From: Lingula anatina
Lineage: Eukaryota; Animalia; Brachiopoda
Length of the DNA stretch: 64,000 nt
NCBI GenBank assembly: GCA_051362555.1
Contig: CM120640.1
Location: forward strand, 31,515,967-31,579,966
Reading direction: 5' to 3'
Within the stretch, counting starts at the first letter, position 1. Every line of letters starts with the position of its first letter. Below, in pieces: positions 62,426-64,000 of this stretch. A model generated the notes under the pieces. The model was not told the origin of the DNA and ran no database searches. It worked only from the letters and a program-made list of their open reading frames with translations. The position numbers and the translations under genes are program-made.

Positions 62426-64000
62426 TGTACAATCCAGTAAAGTTAAAAAACTTGAATCTTAGTATTCATACGTCTTTCATGGGGGTTTTATAAGCAAGGA
62501 AGACAAATAGGTGGAAAATTAGAAGGACTAGAGGGACCTTCAGGCATCTTAATTATTTTAGATGAGAAAACAATATTTATAAAGAGCGCTTATCTTTGTT
62601 TCACTTCTAGACTAGTTGCTCGCCACTTAATTTCTCTTTATAATTGCATATTATGGAAAACACACATGCACTGAAGTATACTATTTAATTCTCGTGCTTT
62701 TAATTATGGCGAAAAAAACACGACAGAATCAATGAACAACAACAACGATTGAATGAAGACGTTCTTTTCATTTATAAAATGATGTAAATACATTTATAAT
62801 GATTAACATGGTAAATAAGTAAATATATGTGTAACAATGTTGATATTTAATGGAAATATACAACTTTTTCTTTCTACTGGCAGTACTATGGCTGGTTTAC
62901 ACTTCATGCTCTTGGGGCACTCTTGTTTACAACTTCAACCAATAAAGGATTAAATGTTTAATTAACGTGGATTACAACTCATTCTATTATATGTATACTA
63001 CATACTATACTTATGACTATGGAAATAACCACTTTTGGCAATTTAAGGATTCAAAATTGCTTACTATAGACCGTTCGGAGGAATATCATCATTAGTGCAG
63101 CACTCTAAAAACTTTTTCCCTCGTACTAAAAGTTCTTGAAATGCTTTCATATAACCTTTTGCTTGGCTTGTAATGTCTTTTCTAACAAAATTGCACAAAG
63201 CGGCCTGTAAGACGAATCTCGCAAAGATGATTTTAAATTACAACTACATGAGGTTGCAGTCATGAGTTTTTAAACTTCGTTGTGAACTCCAGGAATTCCG
63301 TCGTTCTTTTGCAGCAATTCCTACTCCTTAAGCACTCCTTAAGTTTTACACGCCATAACAATTGAATACATAACTTTGTTAGCTTTTTAAATGAAAAAAA
63401 GATTAGTTGGGATTCCACTTAGACTAAAGACCCTAACTTACATACTTTCCACTGTACATTTTCTTTATACAACGTGAATAAATAAGTTAAATATTTACGA
63501 TATGAAGTAACCCATCAGGTTATTTACCTAGTTCACAATATGTTGTGTAATTTGACTCAAGACACTTAAATGTTAACTTTAAATATAAAATATATAAGTA
63601 CTTGTTAAATTATAATCTTCAAGTAAGAATGTTGAAATAACATTAAAGAAACAGAATTTTAAAGCTGTTTTGACAATAGTGTACTGAAGCGTGAGAAACT
63701 TGATACTAAGTAAGTCAACCTGGAATTGCATTAAACTGAAAGAAAAGATTTCGAAAAGAGTCTTTTAGGTGAAACCTTACCCATATCATTTCTAAGATAA
63801 ACTTATGTGTGACTTGAAACGTAAAGGTGTTTTTTACGTTTGAAAGGTTCTTCTGCAATTTCTGAGCGGTGGTAAAACGTGACTGTCACATTCCTTTGGA
63901 AAAGTTCTTAACGTAAACTTTCTTTCGGAGCCTCCCTTATATTTTCTTAATTTAAAATAAAACACGAGGAATACTGTCAGATCTAGGTATGGCACTTGTT

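Overview
AT-rich, intron-containing animal genomic DNA. The AChBP-like genes and transposon types suggest a lophotrochozoan such as a mollusc (inference). By reading GT-AG exons manually I reconstructed seven intact genes, each joining in frame. (1-2) Two tandem AChBP-like genes that encode only the Cys-loop ligand-binding domain: one soluble with loop-C YxCC, the other lacking loop C and ending in a putative GPI-signal exon. (3-5) Three secreted proteinase K-family (S8A) subtilases. (6) A secreted alpha-carbonic anhydrase with a GPI-type tail. (7) A ~2739-aa class C GPCR with five tandem Venus-flytrap (VFT) domains, no complete cysteine-rich domain, and a 7TM. About 17.9-29.3 kb is a deleted, partly pseudogenised tandem duplicate of about 29.3-47.4 kb and carries subtilase and CA pseudogene fragments. 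MITEs, a HINE-like element, a transposase relic and microsatellites are also present. The best candidates for novelty are the penta-VFT receptor, in which only VFT4 keeps the amino-acid binding signature, and the AChBP pair with complementary binding-site halves plus a membrane anchor. All models are by-eye; no database or transcript evidence was available.
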